From: Octopus vulgaris
Taxonomy: Eukaryota
Assembly: GCA_951406725.2 (NCBI GenBank)
Contig: OX597835.1
Location: forward strand, 13,268,001-13,332,000
DNA: 64,000 nt
Reading direction: 5' to 3'
Under the pieces are notes generated by a model. That model saw nothing but the letters and a program-made list of their open reading frames with translations. It searched no databases and had not been told where the DNA came from. A program made the translations under genes and the position numbers. Shown piece after piece: positions 62,398 through 64,000 of this stretch; the stretch's first letter is position 1, and each line of letters starts with the position of its first letter.

Positions 62398-64000
62398 ATA
62401 CTGGCGACGAGCTGGCAGAAACGTTAGCACGCCGGGTGCAATGCTAAGCGGTATTTCGCCCGTCTTCATGTCCTGAGTTCAAATTCCGCCAAGGTCCACT
62501 TTGCCTTTCATCCTTTCGGGGTTGATAAATTAAGTACTAGTTACGCACTGGGGTTGATGTAATCGACTTAATCCCTTTGTCTGTCCTTGTTTGTCCCCTC
62601 TGTGTTTAGCCCCTTGTGGGTAGTAAAGAAATATATATATTTACGACGGGCTTCTTTCAGTTTCTGTCCACTAAATCCACTCACAATGCTTTGGTTGGCC
62701 CGAGGCTATAGTAGAAGACACTTTCCCAAAGTGCCACGCAGTAGGACCGAACCCAGAACCATGTGGTTGGTAAGCAAGCTACTTACCACGCAGCCACTCC
62801 TGCACCTATATATATATATATATACTCTTACTCTTTTACTCTTTTACTTGTTTCAGTCATTTGACTGCGGCCATGCTGGAGCACCGCCTTTAGTCGATCG
62901 AGCAAATCGACCCCAGGACTTATTCTTTGCAAGCCTAGTACTTATTCTAACGGTCTTTTTTGCCGAACCGCTAAGTTATGGGGACGTAAACACACCAGCA
63001 TCAGTTGTCAAGCAATGCTAGGGGGGACAAACACAGACACACAAACACATACACACACACATACATATATATATATAAATACATATATACGACAGGCTTC
63101 TTTCAGTTTCTGTCTACCAAATCCACTCACAATGCTTTGGTTGGCCCAAGCCTATAGTAGAAGACACTTACCCAAAGTGCCATGCAGTGGGACTGAACCC
63201 GGAACCATGTGATTGGTTAGCAATCTACTTACAACACAGCCACTCCTGCACCTATATATATATATATAAGTTTGTTTTTTTTTTGTATGCATTCATCTGT
63301 TGGAGATACTTTCTTAGTTCACTTTGAATTTCGCCCATTTTGGATTGCCTTGATAACATTGTGTTAGATATTTTCAGAGACATTAATGCGATTGGTATCT
63401 TATATGTTGTTCTCCGTCTAAATATAATGGCACAACAGAAATGACTTGTGATAATGTATGGATGAAGGGTGTAATCACCAATTAAAGATATGATTATCTC
63501 CATTCTTTTTCTTGTTTTATATATACATATATGTATACATATGTGTGTATATATGCATGTGTATATATACGCATATGTATCTAACTATCTATCTGTCTGT
63601 CTGTCTGTGTATCTATCTATCTAAATGTATATGTATATATTCTTTTACTCTTTTACTTGTTTCAATCATTTGACTGTGACCATGCTGGAGCACCGCCTTT
63701 AGTCGAGCAAATCAACCCTAGAACTTATTCTTTGTAAGCGTAGTACTTATTCTATCGGTCTCTTTTGCCGAACTGCTAAGTTACAGGGATGTAAACACAC
63801 CAGCATCGGTTGTCAAGCGATGTTGGGGGGGACAAACACACACACACACACACATACACATGATGGGCTTCTTTCAGTTTCCGTCTACCAGATCCACTCA
63901 CAAGGCTTTGGTTGGCCCAAGGCTATAGTAGAAGACACTTGCCCAAGGTGCCATGCAGTGGGACTGAATCCGGAACCATGTGGTTGGTAAACAAGCTACT
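61102..64000. mobile_element. Dense SINE cluster: A (61102-61530,+), B (61747-61978,+), A split by B (62215-62807), A (62826-63253,-), A (63640-64000,-)
   Basis: Match to other copies in the window. Confidence 0.88.

Overview
AT-rich, repeat-saturated eukaryotic (animal) non-coding DNA. The SINE repertoire and microsatellite load are most consistent with an Octopus genome; this is inferred from recognition of the repeats and was not verified by search. I found no intact host protein-coding gene: almost all supplied ORFs are translations of microsatellites or SINEs. The window holds (i) many copies of four SINE-like groups, here called A, B, C and D; (ii) decayed LINE fragments (RTE, CR1, R4/Dong-like); (iii) DNA-transposon relics (a DD37D/maT transposase, a mariner 3' end, piggyBac-like and hAT-like MITEs, five non-autonomous Helitrons); (iv) two ~900-bp trinucleotide expansions; and (v) a few candidate non-coding exons. 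The most notable signal is catalytic RNA: at least seven hammerhead-ribozyme (HHR) motifs. One is a well-formed type I HHR inside a ~330-360-bp tandem repeat at 36.56-37.40 kb with the architecture of a non-LTR retrozyme. The others are minimal HHRs inside Penelope-like fold-back elements. Repeat boundaries were read by eye and are approximate (about +/-10-20 bp) unless a target-site duplication (TSD) or terminus is quoted.
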